Origin: Eledone cirrhosa
Taxonomy: Eukaryota
Length of the DNA: 64,000 nt
Direction of reading: 5' to 3'
Assembly (NCBI GenBank): GCA_964016885.1
Contig: OZ024740.1
Coordinates: forward strand, 247,256,001-247,320,000
The notes below the pieces were generated by a model. That model was not told where the DNA came from. It saw nothing but the letters and a program-made list of their open reading frames with translations, and did no database searches. Position 1 is the stretch's first letter, and every line of letters starts with the position of its first letter. Positions 38,724 to 51,451 of the stretch are shown piece by piece. The translations under genes were made by a program, and so were the position numbers.

Positions 38724-40651
38724 TGTATGTATGTATGTATGTATGTATGTATGTATGTATGTATGTATGTATGTATGTATGTATGTATGTATGTATGCAT
38801 GTACGTACGTACGTATGTATGTATGTATGTATGTATGTATGTATGTATGTATGTATGTATGTATGTATGTATGTATGTATGTATGTATGTTTGTATGAAT
38901 GTCAGGTCGCTCTTCAGCACAGTACAAACTGTGCATGGTCGGGTTGTCGTCGACTAAAGCGGCAACTCCACAAAGCCTGCTTGATGGGGAGGGTGATATT
39001 GGACACCCTACGGGATGAAAAACAAAACCCGGGCGGAGAACTCAGGAGATTCAGCGACCATCCATTAAAGTTTTTTCTTTTTTGTTTGTTTTTGAGCGAG
39101 AGACTCCTAGTTTTCATTAAGACAATCTCTCTAGGAGAATGTCGCTCTGATATAAAACCTGCGACCTAGTTTGCATCCAATGATGTAGACGAGTTCTTCT
39201 TTTGGGGAAATGCATTTGATGTGCAGAGAGTGGGATTGGCCCTGTGCAAAACCTTTCCTCACCTACAAAAGCTTCAAGCACAAACCTCGCTTGATATGTG
39301 ACATTTTTTGCGATGCATGGTATTTCTGGCGATAGGCTAGTCCCTAGCAGGACTAAAAAGCCACGTCCGTAATGCGCATGGTTAAGTATCAAGCTATGGC
39401 ATTACTCGAAATCGAGTTGCAGCCATTATGTATGTATATACATAATATGTCGGTAAACATGCATATATATAAAACTGGGGTACTGTGTCTATACCACCAA
39501 GGGTAGTAGCTGGAGCTTTTTAGAAGTGGTTAAAGTGATCTTCCAAGAAGAAAAAACTATTTCAAACTCTAATCCCATTAGCGCGAGACCAAGAATAACT
39601 AGGTACGAAGCCCTAGTGCCCAATATCCCATTTGGAGTGATATTCCCTAAGCTTCTGTTGAACAAAGAGTAGAAGGCTATTTCGAAATAACACAATCTCT
39701 TTACAAAGGCAGAGATCTTGCACCTGCTTGTTTTGGGGTCATTTGGGGTATTGTAGGCAAATGTCGTTGGAGTATTACGCAAACACTTACTGACTAGGAA
39801 TCCATGCATGAACATTGCTGACAGCCATAATCCGTATTCCAAGGCGGCAGTTAAATAAATAAAAGTCATTTTGGCGAGGGGAAGACTGCGACCGTACAGG
39901 CTTGACAAGCTAGAGGTATCTAGTTGCTGGCGTGCACTTAAAGCGGCCATTGGCAGATATAAAATCCTTTGTCATAAAGCTGTTCAATGGTGACACTCGG
40001 TTACATTGGTGTCTAAGCAGCCCTTCTAGAATCAGCACTGTTCACCACATTTCTGGATGGTTTTAGAACCTAAAAACAAAGCATTCAAATACCCATAATC
40101 ATGGCCTGCATCAGACAGCAGAGCCAAATGGATTTTATAAAACAAAATATGGTCTTACTCATCTAGCGAGTCAATGACCACATATGTATGTATGATTGTA
40201 TGTATGTGTGTGTGTGTGAATTTATGTGTGTATATGATCCTGTCTCCGAGGCGTGAGCCCGGGCTATGTGTTTTGTGGAAGACCAGTGGTCGTCCATGCA
40301 CACCAGTCTCCACTCTCCACGTCACAAGTGTTGTCCAAAGGAAAAGCAAAAGTCGATTCAGCTTGGCATCGATATTGTCGCAGCTCATTTTTAACAGCTG
40401 AAATAAACAACGTGAAATAAAGTATCTTTCTCAAAGACAAAAGGCGCCATTGGGTTTGGGAATGAAACTCACGACATTATGATGATAAGCCCTACATTCT
40501 AACTTTCATGTCACGCCCCTTCGCACAGCGCACACGCACGTGCACACGTATATATATATATATATATATATATAAGTATTGAAGTTTCCGTTGAAAATTG
40601 AAAAAGTCATAGGAGTGAAGAGTGCTCTATGTAAGTACCAGAGCTAAATTT

Positions 40652-40849
40652 AATGTATAATAAACAATACAATATAATTACCTCATTACCAGAGGTTTCC
40701 CGAATAAGAAAACGTCCTCATTCGTTCATCGGACAAGGCAATTTTTAAATTGCCATTTCCGATGAACGAATGAGGACGTTTTTCGTATTCGTCTTATTCG
40801 GGAAACCTCTTGTAATGAGGTAATTATATTATATTGTGTATTATACATT
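40652..40849. repeat. Inverted repeat with almost no spacer, one variant HHR per arm
   Basis: 40652-40745 is the reverse complement of 40747-40849 (one ~11-nt indel). Confidence 0.9.
40676..40743 (-). ncRNA. Hammerhead-like motif with CCGAUGA core variant
   Basis: Minus: AATTGCCTTGT-CCGATGA-A-CGAATGAG..CTTATTCG-G-GAAA-CCTCTGG-TA-ATGAGGTAATT; 11-bp stem I including G-U; weaker copy at 40748-40825 (+). Confidence 0.65.
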
Positions 40850-40883
40850 ATATATATATATATATATATAAAAGAATGAAACG

Positions 40884-41719
40884 CACTCTTAGTACGGCTG
40901 GTACTTAAATGTAAGTATATATCTATACGTACATACATATATGTATACAGACGTACAGTAGTATGTATATATATACATACATGCACACATATATATGTAT
41001 GTACGTATGGGTTTACCGAACATTTATTATAGTGTTCATAGCTAGATAGCTAATACAGTACATCGTTCCTGTGTCAGTGTTGAAAAAAAAGGGGACGATG
41101 GTTGCCTGAACACTGTACGGCGTAATTCGGGCTGTTTGTTGTTTACAAACAAACCGAGCATTATAATAAATGTTCGGTAAACCCATACGTACATATATAT
41201 AAATGTGCATGTATGTATATATATATACATACTACTCTACGTCTGTATACATATATGTATGTACGTATACATACATACTTACATTTAAGTACCAGCCGTA
41301 CTAAGAGTGAGAAATGAAATTTAGTTTCATTCTTCCATTTATGGTTTTCGGTGTGCCCGGCCGACTAACTCACTCGATATGCAAATTAGGCTGCTCAGCC
41401 GTTAATATGCATAAGGAAAGTATATACTTTCAGACGTTCAACCATCTGACAGAAAGGTATACGATGCTGACGATAGCTAATAAGCTTGAAACTAGTACAT
41501 CGTTCCTGTGTCAGTGTTGAACAAAAAGGTGACGATGGTTGCCTGAACACTGTACGGCGTAATTCGGGATGTTTATTGTTTACCAACATACCGAGCATTA
41601 TAAATGTTCGGTAAACCCATACGTATATATTTATATATGTGTGCATGTATGTATATATATACATACTACTCTACGTCTGTATATATATATGTATGTACGT
41701 GTACATACATAGTTACATA

Positions 41720-41720
<1 letters not shown>
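40884..41720. mobile_element. Retrozyme-like locus: ~437-bp tandem unit on plus (41045-41720) preceded by an inverted partial copy (40884-41037)
   Basis: CATCGTTCCTGTGTCAGTGTTG at 41061 and 41498; 40884-41037 is the reverse complement of ~41156-41309. Confidence 0.8.
41461..41503 (+). ncRNA. Minimal type I hammerhead ribozyme
   Basis: ACGATG-CTGACGA-T-AGCT-AATA-AGCT-T-GAAA-CTAG-TA-CATCGT; palindromic stem III ACTAGT. Confidence 0.88.
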
Positions 41721-41817
<97 letters not shown>

Positions 41818-42043
41818 CACACACATATATATATATATATATGTGTGTGTGTGTCTGTCTGTCTGTGTTAGTTAAGTGAGTTGTAACAACAGTTACAGGC
41901 GGAGCACCGTTCAAAGCACTCGATGCCTATACGAGGTCCGTTTCGTTTGGGTTGTATTCCAGTGTTACGGCTGTAGTGTGTAGAGTGTAAATAGATTTTA
42001 AAGAGTCTAAGTCAGTGTTGCAGCATATGTACTAACTTTATTT

Positions 42044-42132
42044 GCATATTACAATTGTTTCGATATCGATAAGCTCAGTAGATAATCAAGGAATTAGGGC
42101 CCAACTCTTTTTCGACATCTCATCAGATATGC
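42044..42132 (-). ncRNA. Type I hammerhead with ~58-nt stem II
   Basis: Minus: GCATAT-CTGATGA-GATGTCGA...TCGATATC-GAAA-CAATTG-TA-ATATGC-AAATAAA. Confidence 0.88.
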
Positions 42133-43069
42133 GAGCTTATATGAGCAAAGACACATCTAAACTGTTGACAAAGGTCCCGAGATATGTTTATATATTGGTG
42201 GATTTGTAGATGGTAGGGGGTAAGGCAGATTTAGGTTTAGAGCGTGGGGTATAATGGTGAAAGATAAAATTATAAAAATATAAACGGTAGAGGACGTAAC
42301 AGGAACCATCGCAATCCACTGAAACAGATTCAAAGACACAACAGAATAGATGACGCAAGTGGAGTCGAAACAAATCAGAACCCTACCACATTCCACAATG
42401 ACGCCCATAACAACACGTATAGCAGAGAAAATCGCAGTCCCACCAGAAGGCACAAACACAGTACCATGAGTACAAACATCGTTGCGAGGCACAAACACAA
42501 CAACGAGACCTGGAGTATCGTCCCAGATAGCACCGACCCAAACACCAACAGTAAGAAGAACCGAAACCGTGCCCATGCGGTAAGAGCCAGCGACAGTAAT
42601 ACCCACACGACTGATAACGGGGATATGGATGACGAGAATTATGAACCCCACGCCGGATGTACCGGAAAACCTAATAGCTACACCCATAACAGTAAAAAAC
42701 AAAAACACCAACTCACGATGCGCCTACACCAAACACGTGTGGACGAACATCCCGGCTATTTTATTTTTTTCAAAACCTTGGACGAATCCTTCTCCCAGTT
42801 GAACAGGTATCACAGACTCTTCAACCCACATAGTGAAATGTTCATACTCCACCACACCCATCCTCAACGAAATCATAGCAGCCATCAATGGCAAGAAGAT
42901 AAAAACCATTGCCACCCAAAAAGACCAACATACCGGAGAATCATCTATAATTGACAGTCCAAACAATAACACCGAGCCGACCAATAGGTCTGAGAACAAT
43001 CAGCACCCACGCACGGAGGCTTCTAATATTACCACACAGGATCCAGCAAATGGCTCGAAACCCAGATAA

Positions 43070-43420
43070 TGCAACGAATGTCCCGTACAGAACAATAATT
43101 GCCTAGCCACGAACTTAATATGCAGATGTAAGCTAGATACCTAAAACTCTAGATACACCAACCTTCACGGCACGACTCTACAACCATACCAACCCCTTCA
43201 ACGATAAATATAACGCTCATGCACCAGGCTGGCTGACTTGGTCTGGAGACTACAGGACACTCAAACCAAGTCCAAGCTTCGCTGGAATTTAGTCAAACAC
43301 ACAAACCCTCACTCCTCGGGCAATTGAAAGTGCCGATTATATCTTGCGGAAGAAGTAGAAATCACAAAATTAAAAAAGAACCCAGTAAACATCAAATCCG
43401 AAATCATACGTAGATGCAGA
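43070..43420 (+). pseudogene. Highly degenerate Penelope-like GIY-YIG remnant
   Basis: Patchy CP...NCLA..L.Y, TTFTARLYNH, W.L, CRL.LAE..EI, paralleling the C-terminus of 8390-9817. Confidence 0.45.
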
Positions 43421-43824
43421 CATTCTCAACAATCAAAATTCTCGAAACAAATTCTAATACACCGATTATATCTATCATCGGACTAAAATACTCACCTACC
43501 AACTCCAACCTATTTTCCAATCTATTCTCTTACACAATTCTCTCACTCAATTTATTTCCTCTCATTATATTTTATCATTTCATATCTTATTTCTTTCCGC
43601 CAATTCAGGAAATACTAAGTGTCCACTACTACATCAACACCGTCTTCGTCGTCATCGCCATTACCTTCATCATCTTGGTTATTGATACCGTTACCGTTAT
43701 TGATATTGATGCCGTTGTAAATAATACTGCTGTTTGCGGTGATGGTGGTATTATCGTCATTGTTGCCGCTACAGTCCACGCCATTACTGTTGGAGTTTGT
43801 TGGTGCTGTTAGTGCTGCTGCTGC

Positions 43825-43858
<34 letters not shown>

Positions 43859-44746
43859 CCAGTCGTCGTTGCTGCTGCTACTTCTGCCTTGAAAGCTGCA
43901 GTTGCTGCCGCAGCGGATGGTGGTGGTGATGATGTGTAGCCGGCCATCGAAAACCCCAATAATACCACTCTTGAGGACGATTGTGGTTGTTGGTGCCGTT
44001 GTTGATGCCGACACCCACTGTTACTAAATCGGATCTTCAACTTGTCATCTCGGTCACCCCTTCCACCCAAGTAAATTAATTAATTTTCTCTTCATTTTCT
44101 CTTAATTATTTTTATTTCACTTTATTCATTTTATTATCACTACCAAAATCAACGTGCCAGATAGTGAACTTCACCCTCCTGGTACCATACGTTGTTCATG
44201 ATTGTTGTTGGTGTCGTTATTGATTGACGACAATAATAGAAACACACCCAGAAACACTTCCATCACACAGAACCACAACTGGACAACTAAACCCACTTTC
44301 TGTAGCCACACACTAAGCATTCATTGTAAATACCACTCTTAATGACAATTAAGACTCTCGTTATTGTTGGCGCTGATGCCGACACACAAATCTCTTCCTA
44401 TTACTAAGACAGACCACATAGACCCTGTCTTCAGTGATATCCCTCCTATCCTTCCACACTTATCCATTAACTTTTCCTTTATTTTTCTTTTCTTTTCTTT
44501 TATTTTATTATATTTCTTTTCTTTTCTTTTCTTTTATTATATTTCTTTTCTTTTCTTTTATTATATTACCACTATCACCATCATCACCCATAATGTCGGA
44601 CAACAAACTTCGCAGTATAGTTACGGCCCTTTACGCTCTGAGTTCAAATCCCGCGGATAAATAAAGCCCCAGTAACATACTGGGGTCAATTTAATCGATT
44701 TTCCCGCCCCCAAAATTGCTGGCCATGTGCCTAAACAATTAGGGCT

Positions 44747-45123
44747 GTGGATTGGCAGTATCGGTAGAGGTTCGGACGCCCTGATTTCAAGCAAAGAGTT
44801 ACGGCCCTTTACGGTCTGAGTTCAAACCCCGCCGAGGTTAACTTTGCCTTTCATCCTTACAGGGTCGATAAAATAAAGTACCAGTAATGTACAGGGATAA
44901 TTGCTGGCCGTGGTCTTTTGTGAGGTTTTCTCCACGAGGGAAGTTTCCCCCCTATTGGGGAATTTTTGTTGCTTGAGTTTTTTTTTATATTTCTATCTTC
45001 TTTTTATAACCTTTTTTACACGGCCAAAACACATTTTGTATCGTCCTGTACCGTTCTGTGCCGTCTGTAATGTTTTTCTTCATGTTAGCCCTTGTGGCCA
45101 ATAAAGAAACTATTATTATTATT
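44747..45123 (+). mobile_element. SINE body fused to an L1/Tx1-like 3' UTR (partial SINE also at ~44590-44740)
   Basis: 44747-44908 matches the SINE up to TAATTGCTGGCC; 44904-45123 matches 50416-50687. Confidence 0.75.
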
Positions 45124-47690
45124 CTTTGAGTCTCAGTCATTGATGTTATTTAACTGGAAAGTTTGTTAAAATGAATATCAAGCCGCTACCTGCAGCCTCA
45201 GATCTTCAGGACGTATCGGAGAGTTCTTGCTGTTCCCAGCAAGCATGCCTTTTGAAGTGTTCCAAATAGCGGGGCTGGACTAATTTTCTTTAACCATCCT
45301 TTGGAAAATCTTTGAGATAGTACTTAATGCGCCTATGACAATCGGGACGACTCTGACTTCATGGCAGTTCCAAATCCTTTTTACCTCCCACTTTAAGTCC
45401 TGGTATCGGTTAATTTTCCTCACTCTCCTTTTCTTGCACTCTCGTGTCAAATGGGCAGGCTACATCTACAATCAGGCATGATCTTTTTTCCTTGTCCAAA
45501 ACCACCAGGTCAGGCCTATTGTATTGTGTTCCAGTTTCTTGTCCGTCTGTATCCTAAAATCCCACAGCACCTTCACCTGATCGTTTTCTATCACCGTCTC
45601 TGGCTTATGATCATACCACTTCTCAGAATGTGGTAAATTGTTTACTTTGCATAGGTGCCAGTGGATCACCCTGCCTATCACATCACGTCTCCAGCCCTTA
45701 TAGTGAGTCTGGGCTAGGTGTTTACACTCGGATACAATGTGAGCCACAGTTTCCTCTCGCTCTCCACAGATCCTACACAGTGGCCAGCCTCCTTCTTGTA
45801 AATATGGTATTTCACCCACTTCGTTCTGAGGGCCTGCTCTTGCGCAGCCATTAGCATTCCTTTTGTAGCCTTTTTAAGGTCTCCTCTTTTTAACTAGTTC
45901 CATGTCTGTGGATCTCTGAATTCAATTTTCTCCAAGAAGGTACTATGAAGGGATTTTTCATGTTGGTTGCTCTTCCTGCTTGTTGTTATTTCCTCCTTGG
46001 ACATCCCCTGGTCTATTGTCCTCTCCTTCAGTACAATTCTGAGCATTGGCTCCCTACTGTCAGTAACGTATTTGTGTAGGTTGTTTTTCTCCATCTGAAA
46101 AGTCCTCTATGCTGATAAGACCTCTTCCACCTTCAGATCTCCTTAAGTAGAGTCTATCGACATCACTCCTCTTGTGGAACATGTTGTAGATAGTCAATAG
46201 CTTTCTATTCTTCTTATCCATTTCTTTTTGTTCAGCAACATTCCATTTCAGAATTTTGGCACTGTACCTAATAATAGACACAGCTCGGGAATTCACTGCA
46301 CTTATGACATTCCTACTATTTAGATGTGATTTTAATAAGGTCCTTACTCTCCTGATGTACTCAGATCTTGTCAATTCCTTCATTGTTTTGTTCTTGATAT
46401 CATCAGCCTCCAGAACACCTAAATATTTGTATCTTTCTTCAGTGTCAATTTCCTTTATCATCTCACCTGTTGGTACCTGGATTCCGTTGCTTCTGCTCAA
46501 TTTACCCCTCTTCATCACAAGGACTCCACACTAACTAATACCAAATTGCATACATATGTCATTGCTTAAAATACGGACAGTGTCAACAAGTACATCCAAC
46601 TCCTTCTCACTCTTCCCAAAGAGTTTAAGATCGTCCATGAAGAGGAGGTGATTGATGGTAAGTTCTCCTTTTCCCAACTTGTATCCTGCTCTCACTTTTC
46701 GCAGTATAATGGTCAGGGGCGTCAGGGCAAGGACAAACAACAGAGGAGACAAACTATCTCCCTGGAAGATACCTCTCTTGATCTTCACGCCTCGCAAAGA
46801 TTCTCCACCCGATGTTAACTCTGTTCCCAGGACTTCATACTTTTGCTCAACAACTGTCTGATGTTATCTGCCACCTTGAAGATCTCTAGGCTTTTGGTTA
46901 TCCAAGAATGAGGTACCATATCGAATGCCTTTTTGTAGTCTATCCATCCCATGGCAAGACCAGTGTGTCTCCTCTTGCAATTCCTCATTACCATCTTATC
47001 AATAAGTAACTGGTCCTTTGTACCACGTGACTTCTTTCGGCATCCTTTCTGTTCGTCCAGTAACAAGTTGTTTGTGTGGAGGTGATGGTAGATTTCCTCA
47101 AACATAATGCTTGTCAACAGTTTCCACATTACGGACAGACATGTGATAGGTCTATAGTGGGTTACATCATTACCCTTGATTCGGTCTTTAATTACCAGAA
47201 CTGTGATACCTTTTGTCAACCACTCTGGTACCTCACCTGACATCAAGCAGTCATTGAACATGGTTGTCACTTTCGGGTGGAGGGATGTTATATTTTTATT
47301 CCAATACCCCTGCACACCATCTGGGCATGCCCTTTAAGAGTTTCAACTGTGATACTCAAATCAGTTTGTTGGTGTGCCTGTTCACTAATCTCCATTTGAA
47401 CTGTCTCAATCCACACCGCCTGATCATTATGTTTAACATCCTGCTCCCATATTTCTCTCCAGAATGTCTTATTCTGTTCCGCCTCAGGGATCAAGTCGTT
47501 GCCTTCTTTCTTTCCCTTCAAGCTGTCCAAACAACATCTTCTGGTTGTTGTCAAACATGCGGTTCTATCTAAACTGACTGACTCTGCTCTCGTATCGCCT
47601 AATATCTGCACTCTTTGCTACAATGCGTTGCTTCAGTTCCTCTATGATAATATAGCCTTTTCCTCCTAGTTTTGTACTTTATTTCCAGTC
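45124..47690 (-). mobile_element. 5'-truncated, frameshifted R4/Dong-like LINE (second family)
   Basis: YRPITCL..MWK, DYKKAFDMVPHSW, GIFQGDSLSPLLF, HLLFMDDLK, YKYLG, GGRGL, CRIC...ETVAHIVSEC, LWDF.IQTD. Confidence 0.88.
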
Positions 47691-47699
47691 TATTTTTAG

Positions 47700-50687
47700 T
47701 GTCTATGGCAAAAAAAGAACTCATACAATATATAAAGCAGCACACAGACATCACAAAAAAACTACTATACCCCACCAACACCAAGAACTCTCCCAACAAA
47801 CATAAGCATCATTGATATCAAAATAGAACAGTACAAACCTTTAAAACAAAAATTCCCCAATACAGTTGGAGACTTCAGAGGGTCGGTTACCAAGAGGATA
47901 TACACTGACATACTCTTGGAAATACCCATGACCAGCGAAAGGGACGGTTCTACTGTCCCTTCACCACAAGAACAAGGTAAGTGACCCTTTCTCACTTGCC
48001 CCGTTTCTCATCCAACATGGCTGAACTCAGAATAGGCAGTATAAATGCACGTGGCCTGGGGTCATCTTGGAAGCAGGGTCACCTGCTCAATGACCTCAGG
48101 TCACTAAACATAGATGTGGTGGCCATCAGTGAAACTAGAATCTCCGAAACACAAGCCTTCGCACCGATCTTCGGCGGCTACGATTGTATACGCATCTCCA
48201 GCCGTCCAGGATCGGGGGGAGGGGTTGCCGTCCTTTTTCGGAGAGGCTTGGATCTCGCGATACGGGCCATCTTCCTAGACGCAGAAGGTAAGTCGGTGGT
48301 GCTGGACGTGACCGGCAGCGAAGACAATGCTTTCAGGCTAGTAGCCGTCTACGCCCCAACAGGGGCAGGACGGCCAGATTTCTTCAGACGTCTAGAGACC
48401 TTTCTTGGAACGTCCCGCTCTTTAGTGTTAGTGGGTGACTGGAACGGTTTCTTGGATGCACGCTGGGATCATGTAGGGCTAGTGGATAGGGGAGGAGGGT
48501 GCAAGAGCCTCACCAACCTGCTCAGACGTCTTGAACTGTCTGACAGGTATCGACTGGATCACCCGAATGTGCCAATGTGGACATGGACAAACCGCATCGG
48601 GTCATCCAGATCGTATCTCGATAGGGTATTCTGTAGAGAACTAGATAAGGCTAGTATAAGTTGTCCACAATTTAAAATAGTCGACTACACATACCACAAA
48701 TTTGTGATCTGTGAGATCGACATAGACAGACTTCATAGACAAGGGCCCGGTTACTGGAAGCTGAACGCGTCTTTCCCGGCGCGCAAAGCCTACAGAGACC
48801 GGAGTAGCGTATTAGTTAAGCGGGCGTTGACGGCAGCGGTCGTCAACAACAGGTGGTGGTTCGCCCTGAAAAGGGCAATTAAAGTAGAGTCAATTAGGTT
48901 TAGCAAAGGAGTAGTGATAGAGGAAAATAGAGTAGAGGGAGAGCTAGTCAGAAAGCTAGAAGAGGCGTTTAGGACAGGCATCGCAACCGACGTGCTTGCG
49001 GCGAGATTGGCACTCGACCAATTCTTCAACGCAAAACACGAAGGCTGCGTTGTCAGAGCTAGAGCGCGTGCTCTGAAACACGAGGGGACAAAAGCCGTCC
49101 AATGGGCCCGGGTGGCAGAGGCGCGACGTGGCAACAAAGCCACAATTCGGTCTTTATCTGACCAAAACGGGTGCGTGATGCTCGAACCCGTGTGGATGTG
49201 TGAAGCTTTTCAGCAGCACTTTGCTGAACTGTTCGGGAGCGGCGGCAGCCCGGATCGGGGCATGGACTTCAGTGCATACCTCGACGGACTGCCTCGGCTC
49301 TCGACGACCGCAACATAGTGTTGCGAAAAGCCAATAACAGCCGGTGAAATACGGGAAGATATGGCTAACTGCACAAGGGGTAAATCGCCAGGTTTAGATG
49401 GTCTCCCCTACGATCTTTATGCATTAATTCCTGACTTGTTCGGTGACCTCTTGGCAGACGTCTACAGCAACTGGCAGCATTACGGGAGCATTCCCAGCTT
49501 TGTTAGCCGGGGAGTAGTAGCGCTGCTGAGAAAAGACCCGAACAAGGGGGATGTTATCGATAATTTCAGGCCCATAACCCTGCTAAACGCAGAGTTCAAG
49601 ATTTTGGCCAAGGTGTTAGCAACGAGGTTGGCGCTTGTCGTCAAGGGTCTGGTGGGAGAGGCGCAGACATGAGCCATTCCGGACAGATCCATACACGACA
49701 ACCTCCACCTCATGCGCTACATCATAGAGAGGTGGTTAAGGAACCTGGCAAGGGTGGGGACCTGATCAACTTGGATCAAACCAAAGCATTCGATAGTGTC
49801 GACCATCGGTACTTGGCAACCGGTTTCGGGTCCGTTTTCAGGAGTTGGATCGCTGCGATTGTACAGCGACATCTGCTCAGTTGTCAGGGTGAACGGTCAC
49901 CTGTCGCAGCCGTTCAGCATCATTCGCTCGGTTCTCAAGGGTTATCCCCTCTTATCCCTCTTGTACGTATTGGCTCTCGAGCCGTTACTGCACAAACTGG
50001 GGGCGATGAGGGGCGTTCCACGTGAACTAGGATGCGGGAAATCCGAGTCGGCTTACGTCGACGACGTCCGCCATGGTGATGTTGAGTACCAGACACGTCC
50101 AGATGCTCGCCACGCTCTCAAGGAATTCGAGATAAACCAGGAAAAGTCGGTGTGCTTGCAGCTCGGCACCTGGAGAGGCAAGTCCATGCCGTCCGACAGA
50201 CACTTTCCTCTCCTGCGAATCCTTAATTAACTTTTTCAAGTTTCACTTGAAGAGGAAAATCAGGGTGGAGAGGAAAATGCTGCCTTCAGCAAGTTTGTTG
50301 AAAGGTGGGTGAATGTAGCGAGAATGGTTCGAGTGAACGGGACCGCTCTGAATATACGCTTGTAGTTTGAGGAATGGAAAAATTGAGAGAGGGCGCTTGC
50401 CCTGGTGGTCAGGGTGGCCGTGGGTTTTGTGTGGTTTTCGCCACGAGTAACCCTCGGAAGGTTCCCCCCTATTGGGGAATTTTTCTTTGTTTGAATTTCC
50501 ATTTTTATTGTTTATATATATGTTTCTATGTCTTTTTTTTCTCCTTCGTTTCTTATATAAATAATAAAAATCTTTACACGCACAAAACCCACATCGTATC
50601 GTCCTGTACTGTCCTGTGCCGTCTGTAATGTTTTCTTAATGTCAGCCCTTGTGGCCAATAAAGAAATCATTATTATTATTATTATTA
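47700..50687 (+). mobile_element. L1/Tx1-like LINE: ORF1 end, disrupted ORF2 (APE endonuclease plus RT), 3' UTR with (ATT)n tail; internal deletion near 50200
   Basis: SINARGL, SET, VYAP, GDWN, YLDR, GPGYWKLN, KSPGLDGLP, FRPITLLN..FKILAK, DQTKAFD; tail AATAAAGAAATC(ATT)n. Confidence 0.88.
48017..49318 (+). pseudogene. APE-endonuclease N-terminal part of Tx1-like ORF2 (premature stop)
   Basis: MAELRIGSINARGL...; reading resumes after TAG with C.KPIT..EI...KSPGLDGLP. Confidence 0.85.
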
Positions 50688-51381
50688 TCAATTTAGACCA
50701 GTCGAAAGTTTTCCATAGGGTCGACCATCCTTATCTGGCGGCGTTCCTGGGGGCGGCTGGCTTAGTGCCTGTCTTCAGAGGCTGGATCTTTGTCATGCCC
50801 AGCGATATCTTTTTTGATGTGTGAGTGAACGGTCACCTTTCGGAACCTTTCAACATCATGCGCTCCGTCCTCCAAGGAAGTCCCATCTTGTCCCTGCTAT
50901 ACGTTTTGAATCTCGAGCCATTACAGCACAAACTGGACACGTTGAGTCCCACGCGAATTGGGATGCGGACGAACCATGTCAGCATATGCCGACGACGTCA
51001 CCGTGGTGACACATGGAGGTGATCGGCACCACACTAAGAGAATACGAGTCGGTGACAGGAGCAATGATCAACCAGGAAAAGTCGGTGGGCCTGCGGCTTG
51101 GCACCTGGATAGGCAGGTCCATGCTGTCCAACAGCGTCGTCGGGTGCTGGACGGAGGGACCGGTTAAATGGCTAGGGGTCTAGTTCGGTCATAACCTCCA
51201 GACGGAGAAAATGGGAGAGGTGACGAGCAGGGTGGCTTCTCTCACCCAGAAATAGGCCGAGAGGAAGCTATCCCTGAAAGGTCGAGCAGAAGTGGTGAAC
51301 GCGTACATCGCCTGCGTCATCTACTACCATCTGACTGTCGTGCCTTGTCCTAATCCTCCCTTGACTGCGCCGGAGCGATTG

Positions 51382-51385
<4 letters not shown>
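50688..51385 (+). pseudogene. Second Tx1-like RT fragment directly after the (ATT)n tail
   Basis: INLDQSKVFHRVDH.YL, VNGHLSEPF...RSV.QG.P.S.LLYVL.LEP, AYADDVTV. Confidence 0.8.
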
Positions 51386-51426
<41 letters not shown>

Positions 51427-51451
51427 TTGCCGCTCTGAAAGAGCTACATAT

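Noticed and set aside
38900-39400. Structured GC-richer segment, possible LINE 5' UTR with HDV-like ribozyme (also 3990-4200)
   Set aside because: I could not build a nested double pseudoknot by eye; it needs a descriptor search.
42157-44070. ORFs 42157-42711, 42466-42954, 43414-43812, 43615-44070
   Set aside because: Low-complexity or trinucleotide-repeat derived, or decayed PLE sequence; no coherent domain.
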